A stretch of DNA of 64,000 nucleotides from the IMG/VR virus record IMGVR_UViG_3300001199_000004; one strand, written 5' to 3'. A program made the translations under genes and the position numbers. Of this stretch, positions 63,725 through 64,000 are shown piece by piece. A model generated the notes under the pieces. The model ran no database searches, was not told where the DNA came from, and was given only the letters and a program-made list of their open reading frames with translations. This stretch comes from a virus. How positions within the stretch are numbered: position 1 is the first letter of the stretch; every line of letters starts with the position of its first letter.

Positions 63725-64000
63725 ATGCGACAATTAAGTAAATACCGTAGTATTGATGCTCTTTATGACAGAGATGAAGTTATCATCTTGGATGGCATAG
63801 GTCATCTTCAAACAATTGTGGTTGATGGAATAGAACAAAAAGTTTTGAGTAAACAAATTCTGAGAAATGCTCCACATCATCTGCATATTCCATTTTTAAG
63901 CACATCTATTGGAGATGCTGCTAAATTAAAAACAATAATGCATTATTTTGTTTCATTTAGAGACAATTATAAAATAATGACTTTGTTTCAAAAGGTTGAA
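63725..64000 (+). CDS. RSID-tag protein (partial, runs off the window)
   Basis: Hand translation MRQLSKYRSIDALYDRDEVIIL... Confidence 0.75.
   Translation, partial: MRQLSKYRSIDALYDRDEVIILDGIGHLQTIVVDGIEQKVLSKQILRNAPHHLHIPFLSTSIGDAAKLKTIMHYFVSFRDNYKIMTLFQKVE

Noticed and set aside
1-64000. Stop-codon reassignment as the cause of the short ORFs
   Set aside because: ORFs tile the sequence under the standard code, end in TAA, TAG and TGA at motif or overlap boundaries, and recognisable domains are intact.

Overview
This window looks like an early/accessory region of a large (jumbo-type) phage genome. It is AT-rich and gene-dense, with mostly small hypothetical ORFs, four tRNAs, and no core structural, replication or cellular housekeeping genes. 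It has two divergent halves. (1) 1-48.3 kb: more than 120 short minus-strand ORFs separated by about 100 (hand count) copies of an 18-nt motif, coding strand CATTT(A/G/C)A(T/C)TGTACCTTA(A/T/G). The motif's TACCTT hexamer very often lies exactly 7 nt before the ATG. This fits a one-promoter-per-gene array driving leaderless mRNAs, and the motif also supplies the stop codon of many upstream genes. Several structured non-coding segments and tRNA-Arg/Lys/Leu/(Ile2 or Met) are interspersed. (2) A repeat-rich divergent non-coding zone at about 48.1-49.0 kb (origin candidate) is followed by plus-strand genes. These are dominated by 22 otherwise divergent ORFs that all begin with the peptide (Y)RSIDxxW[E/D/G]; two further paralogous ORFs carry the same motif at the C-terminus. 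Recognisable products, from motifs by eye with no database search: DUF2958, DUF932, HD-domain, EF-hand, HAD (SAK-type), DUF6011, J-domain, SWIM finger, ferritin-like and vWA proteins. Many starts were moved downstream of the ORF track where the track ran through the motif.
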